A stretch of 61,858 nucleotides of DNA, filler included, from Hausera hauseri (lineage: Eukaryota): NCBI GenBank assembly GCA_046269625.1. It is 11 parts of 11 records of this genome, joined end to end, with 100 filler letters (N's around TTAATTAATTAA, not from the genome) between each part and the next. Parts side by side here need not be neighbours in the genome. Positions count along the whole stretch, not along the records: positions 20,102 to 25,525 come from JBJURY010258178.1; positions 25,626 to 29,793 come from JBJURY010724991.1; positions 29,894 to 36,149 come from JBJURY010119986.1; 8 more parts are not named here. One strand, written 5' to 3'. The notes under the pieces were generated by a model that was given only the letters and a program-made list of their open reading frames with translations, did no database searches and was not told the origin of the DNA. The position numbers and the translations under genes were made by a program. Shown one piece after another: positions 23,583-34,438 of the stretch. Numbering within the stretch: the first letter of the stretch is position 1; every line of letters begins with the position of its first letter.

Positions 23583-24623
23583 TCAAGAGGTTTTGTTTGG
23601 ATTGGACAAATTCTTCAATTCTACACTTGATTCAGTTATTTGTAATATCTTGTATGGTCCTTTGTATGGTAATTTCAATTTAAAGCTTTCGCCGGGTTTA
23701 TAAATCTCATCTAGTATGTTAACCATGTCTCCGATTCGGTACACACGAGGTTTTGTTTTCTTGTCGTATTGATCTTTGTAGTTTTCCTGGTGGTATTTAA
23801 TTTTTATCTCTGCTCTGATCCATGCTTCTTGTAATCTTTCCTGTAGAATTGTTGCATAATCCGGTTTCTCCATCAGTTGAGACTGTGGCGATCTATATTC
23901 AATGTCGATTGGCATAATATCTCGTCTGCCATACAATAAAAAGAAGGGTGATTCTCCAGGTGTTGTATGAGGACTTTGACAATAAGTGTATACACAAGGT
24001 TTTATATATAGATCCCAATCAGCTGGATGGTCGTAGGCATAATTGGATATCATAATTGAAAATTGTTTATTAAAGGCTTCTACTGCACCGTTGGCTTGTG
24101 GGTGGTATGTTGATGTAAATTTATGATTAATTCCTAGTATTGCCAATACTTTTTCCATAAGTTCGCTGCAAAAATTACTTCCTCTATCAGATATCATTGT
24201 CATGGGTACTCCATATTCAAATATTACGTCGTCGACCAATCTTCTGGCCATAACATCCGTGGTTTGGTTCACCATTGGCATCGCTATTGGAAATTTTGAG
24301 TGATAGTCAATAGCTGTAAGTACACATGTATTTCCTCTAGCGGTAGTTGGTAATGGTCCCACTACATCAACGCCTATACAAACGAATGGTGATGCTAAAA
24401 CTGGTACCGGTTTTAATGGTGTTTTTCTTGCTTGAAAATTTCCTCTTCGTTTTGAATAAACTTGACAATTTGTACACCAATCTTTCACATCATCTGCTAT
24501 CCTTGGCCAATAATATTTTTGCTTAAGTCTACCCAATGTGGCTTTATAACCTCGATATCTGCCGAGCTGTCCATCATGATAGTGTAGTAAAAGTTTTGCG
24601 CGCATGTGTTTTGGCACAACCAT
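23583..24623 (-). CDS. Gypsy integrase (zinc-binding region, DDE core, GPY/F motif)
   Basis: YHDGQLG..YYWP..WCTNC; GVDVVGPLP; ISDRGSNF; YHPQANGAVE; PYKGPYKI. Confidence 0.96.
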   Translation of the reverse strand: MVVPKHMRAKLLLHYHDGQLGRYRGYKATLGRLKQKYYWPRIADDVKDWCTNCQVYSKRRGNFQARKTPLKPVPVLASPFVCIGVDVVGPLPTTARGNTCVLTAIDYHSKFPIAMPMVNQTTDVMARRLVDDVIFEYGVPMTMISDRGSNFCSELMEKVLAILGINHKFTSTYHPQANGAVEAFNKQFSIMISNYAYDHPADWDLYIKPCVYTYCQSPHTTPGESPFFLLYGRRDIMPIDIEYRSPQSQLMEKPDYATILQERLQEAWIRAEIKIKYHQENYKDQYDKKTKPRVYRIGDMVNILDEIYKPGESFKLKLPYKGPYKILQITESSVELKNLSNPNKTS

Positions 24624-25104
24624 GAGTAAGTGTTCACTTTCCTGATAGTATATATTTCCCTATCCATTGTTTATTTATTTTTTCTCCCTTCTTTGTTTAG
24701 ACTATTAAGGATTTTACTCATTTCCTTATCCTTTGCTTGTTCTTTAGTTATGGCTTCGTGTGTAATTGGTATTGTCAGGAATGTGTGCATCTCTTCGATA
24801 ACTTCTGCATTATCTACTTCATCTATCATGGTCTGAATTAAGTCAATCATTTTATTATACTCGTATAAGATGTCTTCCACTAACGGATCTTTGTAGTCAC
24901 TTTGTTTTGTATTTTGTTGATTATTTTGTTGAGTGTTTGAATAATCATACTTATGAGTTGGCCTGTATCTTTTGTGCATTTTTTTCGTGTTGCTTTGAGT
25001 ACCTCTTGGTGAACGCTCTGCGCATAATATTCTTTTAGTTCTTGCATGTCATCATAATCCGGGTTGATGCAATCGTCATAATTTTAATAGAGGTCACTTT
25101 CTTG

Positions 25105-25525
25105 AAGTCTTGATAGAAAGTCTGCATTAGCGTTTGCTTTTCCTTGTCGGTACTGTATTGAGATTTCTAAGTCTTGGATTTCTGCAGCCCATTTCATTAA
25201 TTTTCGGCTGGTGTCTCATTGTATCATTAGCCACTGTAAAGGTTTCTGGTCAGTATATAGGATTATTTCTCGCCCCGTTAAATAATATCTAAAATATCTT
25301 AGAGCATATACTATCGCATAACATTCTCGCTCGATTTTTGACAATTTACACTGTGTTTCACTTAGCGTTATACTAAAAAATGCTATTATTCCTTCACGCG
25401 GTCTGTCGGGGACACATTGTCCTAAAACTGAACCTATAGCGTAACCGCTGGCATCTGTCATTATAATATATGGATATTTAGGGTCAGAAAACTGTAGTAT
25501 TGGTGGAGAAGTTAGGACTTGTTTT
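25105..25525 (-). pseudogene. Gypsy RNase H domain (contig ends before RT)
   Basis: LTSPPILQF...TDASGYAIGSVLGQ...ERECYAIVYAL...YTDQKPL...GKANANADFLSRL, with one stop. Confidence 0.95.
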
Positions 25526-25707
25526 NNNNNNNNNNNNNNNNNNNNNNNNNNNNNNNNNNNNNNNNNNNNTTAATTAATTAANNNNNNNNNNNNNNNNNNN
25601 NNNNNNNNNNNNNNNNNNNNNNNNNAGTGAAATGGACAATACTCTTTGTATTTGAAGATCCGAAGAAAAGCTCCGTTGACCCGAAACAAAAATAATTATT
25701 TGGATAT

Positions 25708-25983
25708 TTGTACCAAGATCGAAAGGGATTAGTATTCGAGCGATTTGAGGTAGATGCCTGGATAGATCTAGACGCTGCTGGGGAACAAGGATGCCCCGTA
25801 TGTGAAGATAACCTTTACCAAGAGTACGTGGTCTTAGATAATAAATTCTGTATTCATAAATACTGTCGATTTTGTCTTGAAACCTGGACGTTGAAAAACG
25901 AAAAAACAGCCTGTCTAATATGTCGGACGAAACGGCCAAGCTTATATATTACTCAAACGGCGAAAATAAGGGAAGTCCTTTGA
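25708..25983 (+). CDS. C3HC4 RING finger ORF fragment
   Basis: CPVC-x14-CIHKYCRFC-x11-CLIC spacing. Confidence 0.8.
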   Translation: MYQDRKGLVFERFEVDAWIDLDAAGEQGCPVCEDNLYQEYVVLDNKFCIHKYCRFCLETWTLKNEKTACLICRTKRPSLYITQTAKIREVL

Positions 25984-26869
25984 TTAAACCAAGTACCGGT
26001 TATCACGTGGAAATAAATCCTCAGAACGCGCTGACAAATTCTGAAGCACGTTTACAAAGAAGATTAAACCAATTACGGTTACCCAGTAACCGTGGCTCCT
26101 TTGCTGAGGAAAGTGGCACTTTCGAGGTCGCCACATAGGGAGGAGAAATGAGGTGAAAGTNNNNNNNNNNATGTACAGAAAATTATTTTGAAAAGTTGAT
26201 TGAAGTTAAAAGCAATTACCAAAATTTATGAGGACAAGTCCGCAAGAATAAACGCCTACAAAATTCGCAAACATAATTATTCACCCGCAAATGTAAATAA
26301 TTTCTGAAGAATTATTTACGAAATTACTCATTTACAATTACGCCCACTAAATGCTGCACCATATATACTGACTTAATAAATCAGATAGTGTGAATATTTT
26401 GATAGAACTTCGAGTTAGACTTGTCTTCAGGAGTAGAATAATCAGAAGGATATTCGATAAAACATTGAAGAGGGCAATCGATTTCAGAAGAAAATTTGCC
26501 GAATACTAAATTAACTCGTAGCTCGTGGAGAATTATAATCTGACGCTGTACGTCGGAGAAGTATTTGTTATTTGTGTTAACCAATATATTTTTTGTTCTT
26601 CAAAATTTTCATAGTTTTCTCACCGTCCATTAAGGAAGATTTTTCGTCACAAAGGTCATAATCAAAGTAAAACTTAAGTAGATAAGTATTAGAATTATTT
26701 TAAGCATCCGTAATAAAACCGCTTTGCACGAAGTACCTGCACAATAACCTTATAGACACAATCGATTGAACGAGAACGTCAATCCGCTCTTGCAATTTAA
26801 CTTATCTTAGAGTTTGAAGTTTTGTTATAGTTCTGGTGTTGTTTACGACCCACTGAAACAACATATATT

Positions 26870-29093
26870 TAGGGTGTTCAAAAAGTCCGGATACAGCAAA
26901 TAACTTCGAAAACCAAGAGTCTAAGAAAAATTCTGTCTAGATATGGGTATAGGTTTTTTTATTACCTATTCGATGGTCATCTTGAATTTGACTTTGACCT
27001 TCAAGGTCATTGCAAGGTCAAGTCCATTTTTTCAAATGAAACCTTTGAAGGTCAAGGTCAAAGTCAAATACCTGATCATTAAAGTAACGCAATCAAAAAC
27101 GGTAAAATAGAAATTCGACACTGGTATTTCATATAAATTGGTATTTATAATATCAATTTACAGTGACTCGGTTAAAGTAAGTGTTCAAAATTTTCACCAT
27201 TTACATGTTGACAATGTGCTAATCGTTGATAAATGTCACCTATGGAATTTTGGATGGTTAATGGATCAAGCAGTTCTACTTCATCTGTGATATTTTGTTT
27301 CAGTTCTTCAATATTTGTAGGCTTTGATCTATATACTCCATCCTTCAAATATCCCCATAAGATGTAATCAAGCAAAATGAGATCAGGAGATCTCGCTGGT
27401 CATTCGATCCTGCCTCTTCGGCCTATCCATTTTTAATGGAACATATTATTTAAGTATGCTCGAACATTGCGTCCATAATGAGGAGCAGAACCATTCTGCT
27501 GAAACCAAGTATTTCTAAAATCATTGCCTACAATACCCCCGATATCGTCTCTGAACATTGTCTCATACTTTTCAGCAGTGAGATTACTCAGTGAAAAATG
27601 ATCCAACAATTCTATCATTAAGGGTGCCTGCCAAAACGTTAATTATCTGAGGGTATTGAATTAATCTGAGTCAATCATCCAGTTTGGATTTTTATCACTC
27701 CAATACCTCATGTTGTGCCTATTGACATGACCGTCCAATTGTAATGTAGCTTCGTCACAAAAAACAATACATCTTGGAAAACTATCATCAGCAATTATTA
27801 GATCCATCATCTTGTCACAGAACTCAACTCGTCTATCTGGATCATCCTCGTTCAGTTTATGTACGAGTGTTACTTTGTACCTATCGTACTTGAGTTTCTT
27901 TTTCAAAATATTATGAATCGAACCAACGATGAGATCGTGTTTTGATGTAATTTTCTTACTCATGTATGACAATCGTCCACGACGGACTGTGCAACATTTA
28001 ACTGGTTCTCTTCATTCGTAGCGATTGCGACACGGCCTTATCTAGGGCGATCTTTTACACTACCTGCATCATTAAAGCAGTCGAGTGTTTTCTTAACGGT
28101 CATATTAGAAATTGTTTAATTTCTTTCTGGAAACTCCATATTAAATAAATCCTGTGCATCTTGAAAAGATCTCATTTTGTCACCGTAACCTCCCATCATG
28201 AGAATGGTTATTCGCTTACGCTCAGTAAGCACTATTTTTTAAGATATTAATATTCAACTAGTTACTTGAATATAAGTCAGATTTGGAAAAATTACTAAAA
28301 TAAAATAACTATTTGAAAATTGTTGAAGATAGAGGAAAAAATCAAAAACAAAACTAAGTGAAAATAAAGTGAAAGGAAAATTTTCTCCGATAAAAGATTT
28401 TCTGACAATTATGAAATTTGTACCTCTAAAAAATGTTTAAATTTGGCAAATATTGAAATGTTTACTCATGTATTCACAAGAATTCAAAGGTATAACGCAT
28501 ACGCAATATGATATCAAATTAACTAATGAGATCAGTTGCACATTTACACTAAAAAAACGATTTTCTGCTTTAACGGATAATGAGATAAATTGTGCGTGTG
28601 CAAACTTGTTTGAATCTTTGTTAAGCGTTTATTGTTCATTATTGAGTTTAAATAAATGATTGAGTAAATAATTAAGTTTATGAATTTTTTCAAAATTAAG
28701 GCGTTCTGATTTACTAGATTTTAGGATAATTACATTCATATAAATATAAAAAATATGAAATACCAGTGTCAAATTTATATTTTACCGTATTTGATTGAAT
28801 TATTTTAATGATAAGGTATTTGATCTTGACCATGACCTTCAAAGGTCAAATTATTTTGAAGGTCAAGGATATATCTGGACGTACAATTTTCTGCTTTATC
28901 TATTTCCGGTGTTAAAAGTATAGGGTGCCATTTGAAAAAATGGACTTGACCTTGAAATGACCTTGAAGGTCAAGGTCAAATTCAAGGTGACAATCGAATA
29001 TCCAAGGAAAATCCTATACCTATACCCAGGTAGAATTTTTAGACTCTTGGTTTTCGAGATTATTTGCCGTATCTGGACATTTTGAACACCTTG
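26870..29093 (-). mobile_element. Tc1/mariner-superfamily DD41D (rosa/visitor-like) element with long TIRs; transposase pseudogene at ~27172-28236
   Basis: Inverted termini (T)AGGGTGTTCAAAA...TTTTGAACACCTTG-TA. Inverted similarity extends ~270-340 bp with internal TGACCTT/AAGGTCA repeats. Motifs FCDEA, WFQQNG and PARSPDLILLDYILWG, with 41 residues between the 2nd and 3rd catalytic positions. Confidence 0.92.
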
Positions 29094-30868
29094 TATAATG
29101 TCATTTATTTATGAAAGCATTTTTTTTCTGAATTACCTTTAGCATTGGTGCTTTTGTCTACTTATACAAGTTTGTAACTTTGTCTCGATCGTACAGATTG
29201 ATATTTCCAATTAGGTCATATATTTTGTCTTCTAGATCAGATTTATTTCCAAACTGTGGTCCGTTATATTTTTTTCTGATAGAATTCTAGGTGGCCAGTC
29301 CAACACATCAATATGATTTTCAAGCATCAGCAAACACAAACAATAAAATAAATAAATAAAAAACATGACTTGATTTATGGAACAGAATAACTGTACTATT
29401 CAGGTAAAAAGACATAAAAGTTAGTTTTTTAAGGGAGTCTGATCAAATCAAAGCTAGAATAAATTTCAAGCAGAGAAAAAAAAAGGACGTAATTTATATC
29501 AGTTACAAACACAGCTTTTTAAAAACAATTTTATTTATCCCTGAAAAGAGATCAGTACACTTAATCTGTGCAGTTTATGGTCTTAAGTCAATAATAAATT
29601 AAATGATTAACTAAATTTCAATGGGCTAGATTTTTAAAATTTCTGTCTCATGTCTAACAATTCTTAGAAAGCCAAAACCACTTCAGTACTTAAAAAAAAA
29701 CCCTCACACTTTAATAGTTAGTTATCCCTACTGAATATAAATTGTTAAAAATGGTAATTATATCCTTTAAAATATGGGTAAATATACTGTACCNNNNNNN
29801 NNNNNNNNNNNNNNNNNNNNNNNNNNNNNNNNNNNNNTTAATTAATTAANNNNNNNNNNNNNNNNNNNNNNNNNNNNNNNNNNNNNNNNNNNNCTATCGG
29901 GAAATAGTATTTATCCCCTAGTATTTATCTAATCTTGTTTTTCTATAGGTAAATTCAAATTAAGAATTAAATTTCGTCAGATACGCAAGAAAATTGCGTG
30001 CGGTTAAAACTATTTGAGATGTTCATAATAATTTAAAAAATATGTCGTGCCCAATCAGAAATCATGAGTTCCTTAAAATTATTCTATAGTAACATCTTCA
30101 TACTCAATTTATGACCAGGTATTTAGCATAAAAATGAAACAAAATTCTCAATAATTCTTAAATTGGCTTTCGTATTGATGGAATTATTCCTCATAAAATA
30201 CAGTTAATATAAGTGCTTTCACGTCAAAACAAGCATATAATACAATGAACATATATCATCTTACAAAGATATAAATTATATCTATCTTTATGCATACTGA
30301 AAGTAAAGGCCTTAATCATCTTGCAAGATTTTATGTAGTTATACCAAACAAAAGACCCAATTTTAATACACATCACAATTAGTAAATATATGTTAAAAAA
30401 TTCTCCAATAATATGTAATGTAAAATATTGAATTATTGTAAAATAAACTTCTATGCTTAATGTAAATAAAACACAATAAATAAAATATCAAGGCATTTAA
30501 AATTTACTATTATCTTGATCACACTACAACGCATACCGTTGCTGTGTGGTCAAACTAAAATACCAGTCTACCGTTTATTTTCCAATGCACTATCACAAAT
30601 GAAACGATTTTGGACATAAGTAACGGTATGTACAAAACAAAATATTTTTATCTAAATTTGTTTTCCTTATAGAGTGATTATACATAAGTGCCGCTAATTT
30701 TTTTCTCGGTGTTATTGAAGTAAATGTATATAGTAAACTATTTTACACACATATTTGAATATAAGTTTTTAAAAATACCTGTTTTTCAAAGATTTCAAAT
30801 TTTCATGTTATGCATTTTACTTACAAATTAATTGAAGAAATTATAGTTAAAATATTTTTATTTTAGAA

Positions 30869-33800
30869 ATGGAATTACCAGTTGTTTCTAGTCTGACGCC
30901 GTCTCCAGTTTGGTATTCTTCATGTGCTTTGGACACTTTAGAATGGAATCATGAAAAACGCTATGGGATATTTTATTTTGCCACAAGAAATCATATGTAT
31001 TTCATGAAATTATCCGAACAAATTGAATCATTTGATACGGATGTTAATAAAAAGTTAACATATGATTCCCAATTGATTTGTTACATTCGTGCTCATGAAA
31101 ACTACATCGGGGGTATTTGTACCATTATCAATGGAATTTCTCTGCCATTCGAAAACCAACGATTTCCATCAAAAATCGTTTCATATGGTCAAGATAAACT
31201 AATTAAAATTTGGTCATTCAATGACGATACTAATGCATGTTGCTGCTTGAAAATTTTCGAGTTGGATTCAACGAAAATCAAAGAGAATTTCTCATGTATA
31301 ACGGTCGTTTCGTCGACACAAACCGTTATTTGTGGTTTTAAACAGGGATTTATTCTAACGTGGAATTATAGCGTTGAATCAGAATTCAAAGAGTTTAAAA
31401 CAGAATCGCAAGATGTCAGTCAGATTTTGTCACATGACGATAAATTTGCTGTAGCATATCGTCAAGGATTAGTAGCGGTCTATGTGTTAAAAGCATACAA
31501 TTCCATTGAGAAATACGCTCGATTTCGGGCACATAACGGTGACGTTTGCAGCATGTCCTGGAATCCCCACGAAGATTCGATTGGTCAGTGGGGAGATTTT
31601 GTTACGTCGGGAAAAGATCGGAAACTAAAATTTTGGGATTTGTCGAAAAATTCCACAATAAGATCGATGAACGTTCCAACAATGAAACAGAAAGTTGTAA
31701 AAGATGGTGATGAAAATGTTGCCAATCCATCGAGTTGGATATCGGTTTGTTGGTCTGTCGATCATTCGAGATGCATTATTTTATCTACGGGTTCCGGTTC
31801 GCTCGGAATTTTAAAATCTCCTGATTCTGAATTCAAATTTTTCAGTTATAAACCAACGATTAAAATTCACATGAGACCGGTTTTCAGTATTAAGGAATTT
31901 CATAACAGTTCCGGTTTGTTCGTTAGTCACAGTATGGATCGGGTTATTTGCGTTAGTCATTTGAAGTCGGATAAATGCGAAGGCGAACATGTTATTTCAG
32001 TGCCGTGTTTAGGATCGTCCGTTACGGCGCTGGATGGTACTGATTTGAACAACCAATTGGCCGTTGGTTGTGCCGAACAAATGATTAAGTTATGTCGATT
32101 CGATACCGATAATAAACGGCCATTCGATGTGATGAACGTTTGGAAAGGTATATCAAGCGAGATTTCATCATTGGCATGGCATCCGTATCGAGAAGGGATT
32201 TTGGCATTTGGGACTGCCGATGGACAGGTGGGACTCATTAACATATTGAAGGATAAAAAAATTGTTAATGAATCTACTCTGCATCATAAAGGAAAGATCT
32301 ACCGTTTGAGTTGGGGTGCGGACATTCGTCGGCGAGATGTTCGCCAGTTGAGTTTTGACGATCTGCAAGATAATTTAATCGTTTACAGTATCGGGAATTA
32401 TTCGTTGTTTGCCCATGATTTTCGCAATGAAAAATATGCCGATGTATCGGAATTCGTGTGCGATTCAATCTGTCGGATTTCGGAAATTGTCGTGCATCCG
32501 CTGTTGCGGTACTTTGCAGTCGGCTACGGTGATGGTATCGTAACGGTGTTCAGTGTCACCGGCTCTACGCCAATTCTGTCAATTCACAATCACTCGAAAG
32601 GCATTAGCAGACTCCGCTGGTGTCCCAGTCGTTTGTCGGATACCAATGGGAATTTCCGTTTAGCGATCGGATCGAACGAACGATTCGTAACGGTTTCCGA
32701 TTTATCCAAGGTCATAAGGGAATTTGAAAAGTACGACGAACGGACTAAATGGAACGTTGTCGATATTGAAGAAACGATGGCCATGTTGAAAGGTCATGGC
32801 GATCGAATCACCGACATCAGCTGGTGTCCGTTCGATATCGATCGGCTCGTATCCGTATCGTATGATCACAGTGCATTCGTATGGAGTATCGCTACGAACC
32901 AGCCGCTGGCGACGTTTAATTACCATCAAGGGAAATTGTTCTGTTGTAAATGGAGCGATCGGGATCGAGATTTGATTTATACCGGTGGTGAAGACGGCAA
33001 TTTGTTCGGTTGGCAACTGTCTAAACAGAAGGTCGTCAGTAAATTCAATCGACGCCGACAGAAGGACATCATTGCGCTCGGTGTCCGACATAACCAACCA
33101 ACGAAAGAATTGGAAAAGCCGAGCACTGTTAAACACAAAACGGACGACACTGCGTCAATGGACACGATATCGGATACACAGACGATTGAGTCGTCGGCAA
33201 GTCATGGCACGAATTTCACCAAAAAACGGACGAGTCTCTTTCCAACGACTATTTTCAACACTCATCATTCGCTAGAAACGTATCAGAATGCCGTATTGGA
33301 TTATGCGTATAAGCGAGACTCGTTGGCGTGCTTTACGATATTCGATGACCGATCGGCGATATTGCGGCAAATTGACGTGGAATTGAATCATTTCGCCATC
33401 GTTCCTGGCCATTTAGACAATTATTTTTTGTTGCTGATATGGACGAGTAAAATTGGCCGGGCCATGACCGAATCCGTTGACAAGAATTACACACCGGATT
33501 GGCTGTTGACGTTACTGTTTGGATCGGTTGCCGGTACTTTACCGGATAGTCTCGTTCGTGCCGCAGTCAGTAATGTGCTCGTCAACAAGAAGGATCCCGT
33601 GTTGGCGGCCACATACTGGCTCGTTGCCGATCGAACCGATCGAGCGCTTGACGTACTTGTTACGAATAACCTTCTACGTGAAGCGTTCATTCTCGCCAAA
33701 CTACGGCTTCCTCCGAACAACTCGTTTCTGTCCGAATTACATCCGCAACTGCAATCGTATTATTACAAAAATGGAGCGTTTGAAATGTCGGCCGTCAGCT

Positions 33801-34438
33801 GTTTGGTACAGAATAATTTGAAAGGGTTTGTCGAGTCACTCAATCGAAGAGATTCGCTCATGGCTAAATGGACGGTCGTTGTTGTGCTGTTGTTGCACGA
33901 CACGGATGCCGCCCATCAACATGCGATGATGTTTATGAATGCCTGTCTGCATGAACTACTTTCCAATGAGGAATTTGATGGGACTTGTTGGATAAGTCGA
34001 CTGAAAGAGTACCATGAATTGGCCCATTACGGGACTTTGTGGACAGTTCATCATGCAATTTGGGTGGATGGGGCTGTTCTGGGAGGGGTTCATGGGTTAG
34101 TGAAACAGGCGTATGATAATTACGGGAAAACTCGAATGAGGTTGCTGCGCAGTCAGATTGAACAGAAACTTACGACGGAACAAATCAATCAGTCGGAAAC
34201 TCAGATTGCTCTATATATAACATACGAGTTATTTTATGTGTTTGCATCCAGCTTAGATGGGGTTGTTGTTGATCGTATCAGACTAGAATCAGTGAGACAA
34301 CTCGTGCGACTATTCGAATCAGTAAGTGCAAAGGGGAGTTGCGCCATAGCCAGATTGGTAACGACCGATACTGGTGACAGTAGTGAAATTGTTTGGTTGC
34401 TGTCTGACATTTTGAAGGATAACCCCGCAGAAAACTAA
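30869..34438 (+). CDS. GEMIN5: Gem-associated protein 5 (WD40 repeats + TPR-like dimerisation region), single exon, 1189 aa
   Basis: N-terminal LTPSPVWY (cf. Gemin5 LPPSPNWY), LAWHPYREGILAFGTADGQVG, LKGHGDRITDISWCP...RLVSVSYD and LREAFILAKLRL. Intact ORF. Confidence 0.9.
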   Translation: MELPVVSSLTPSPVWYSSCALDTLEWNHEKRYGIFYFATRNHMYFMKLSEQIESFDTDVNKKLTYDSQLICYIRAHENYIGGICTIINGISLPFENQRFPSKIVSYGQDKLIKIWSFNDDTNACCCLKIFELDSTKIKENFSCITVVSSTQTVICGFKQGFILTWNYSVESEFKEFKTESQDVSQILSHDDKFAVAYRQGLVAVYVLKAYNSIEKYARFRAHNGDVCSMSWNPHEDSIGQWGDFVTSGKDRKLKFWDLSKNSTIRSMNVPTMKQKVVKDGDENVANPSSWISVCWSVDHSRCIILSTGSGSLGILKSPDSEFKFFSYKPTIKIHMRPVFSIKEFHNSSGLFVSHSMDRVICVSHLKSDKCEGEHVISVPCLGSSVTALDGTDLNNQLAVGCAEQMIKLCRFDTDNKRPFDVMNVWKGISSEISSLAWHPYREGILAFGTADGQVGLINILKDKKIVNESTLHHKGKIYRLSWGADIRRRDVRQLSFDDLQDNLIVYSIGNYSLFAHDFRNEKYADVSEFVCDSICRISEIVVHPLLRYFAVGYGDGIVTVFSVTGSTPILSIHNHSKGISRLRWCPSRLSDTNGNFRLAIGSNERFVTVSDLSKVIREFEKYDERTKWNVVDIEETMAMLKGHGDRITDISWCPFDIDRLVSVSYDHSAFVWSIATNQPLATFNYHQGKLFCCKWSDRDRDLIYTGGEDGNLFGWQLSKQKVVSKFNRRRQKDIIALGVRHNQPTKELEKPSTVKHKTDDTASMDTISDTQTIESSASHGTNFTKKRTSLFPTTIFNTHHSLETYQNAVLDYAYKRDSLACFTIFDDRSAILRQIDVELNHFAIVPGHLDNYFLLLIWTSKIGRAMTESVDKNYTPDWLLTLLFGSVAGTLPDSLVRAAVSNVLVNKKDPVLAATYWLVADRTDRALDVLVTNNLLREAFILAKLRLPPNNSFLSELHPQLQSYYYKNGAFEMSAVSCLVQNNLKGFVESLNRRDSLMAKWTVVVVLLLHDTDAAHQHAMMFMNACLHELLSNEEFDGTCWISRLKEYHELAHYGTLWTVHHAIWVDGAVLGGVHGLVKQAYDNYGKTRMRLLRSQIEQKLTTEQINQSETQIALYITYELFYVFASSLDGVVVDRIRLESVRQLVRLFESVSAKGSCAIARLVTTDTGDSSEIVWLLSDILKDNPAEN

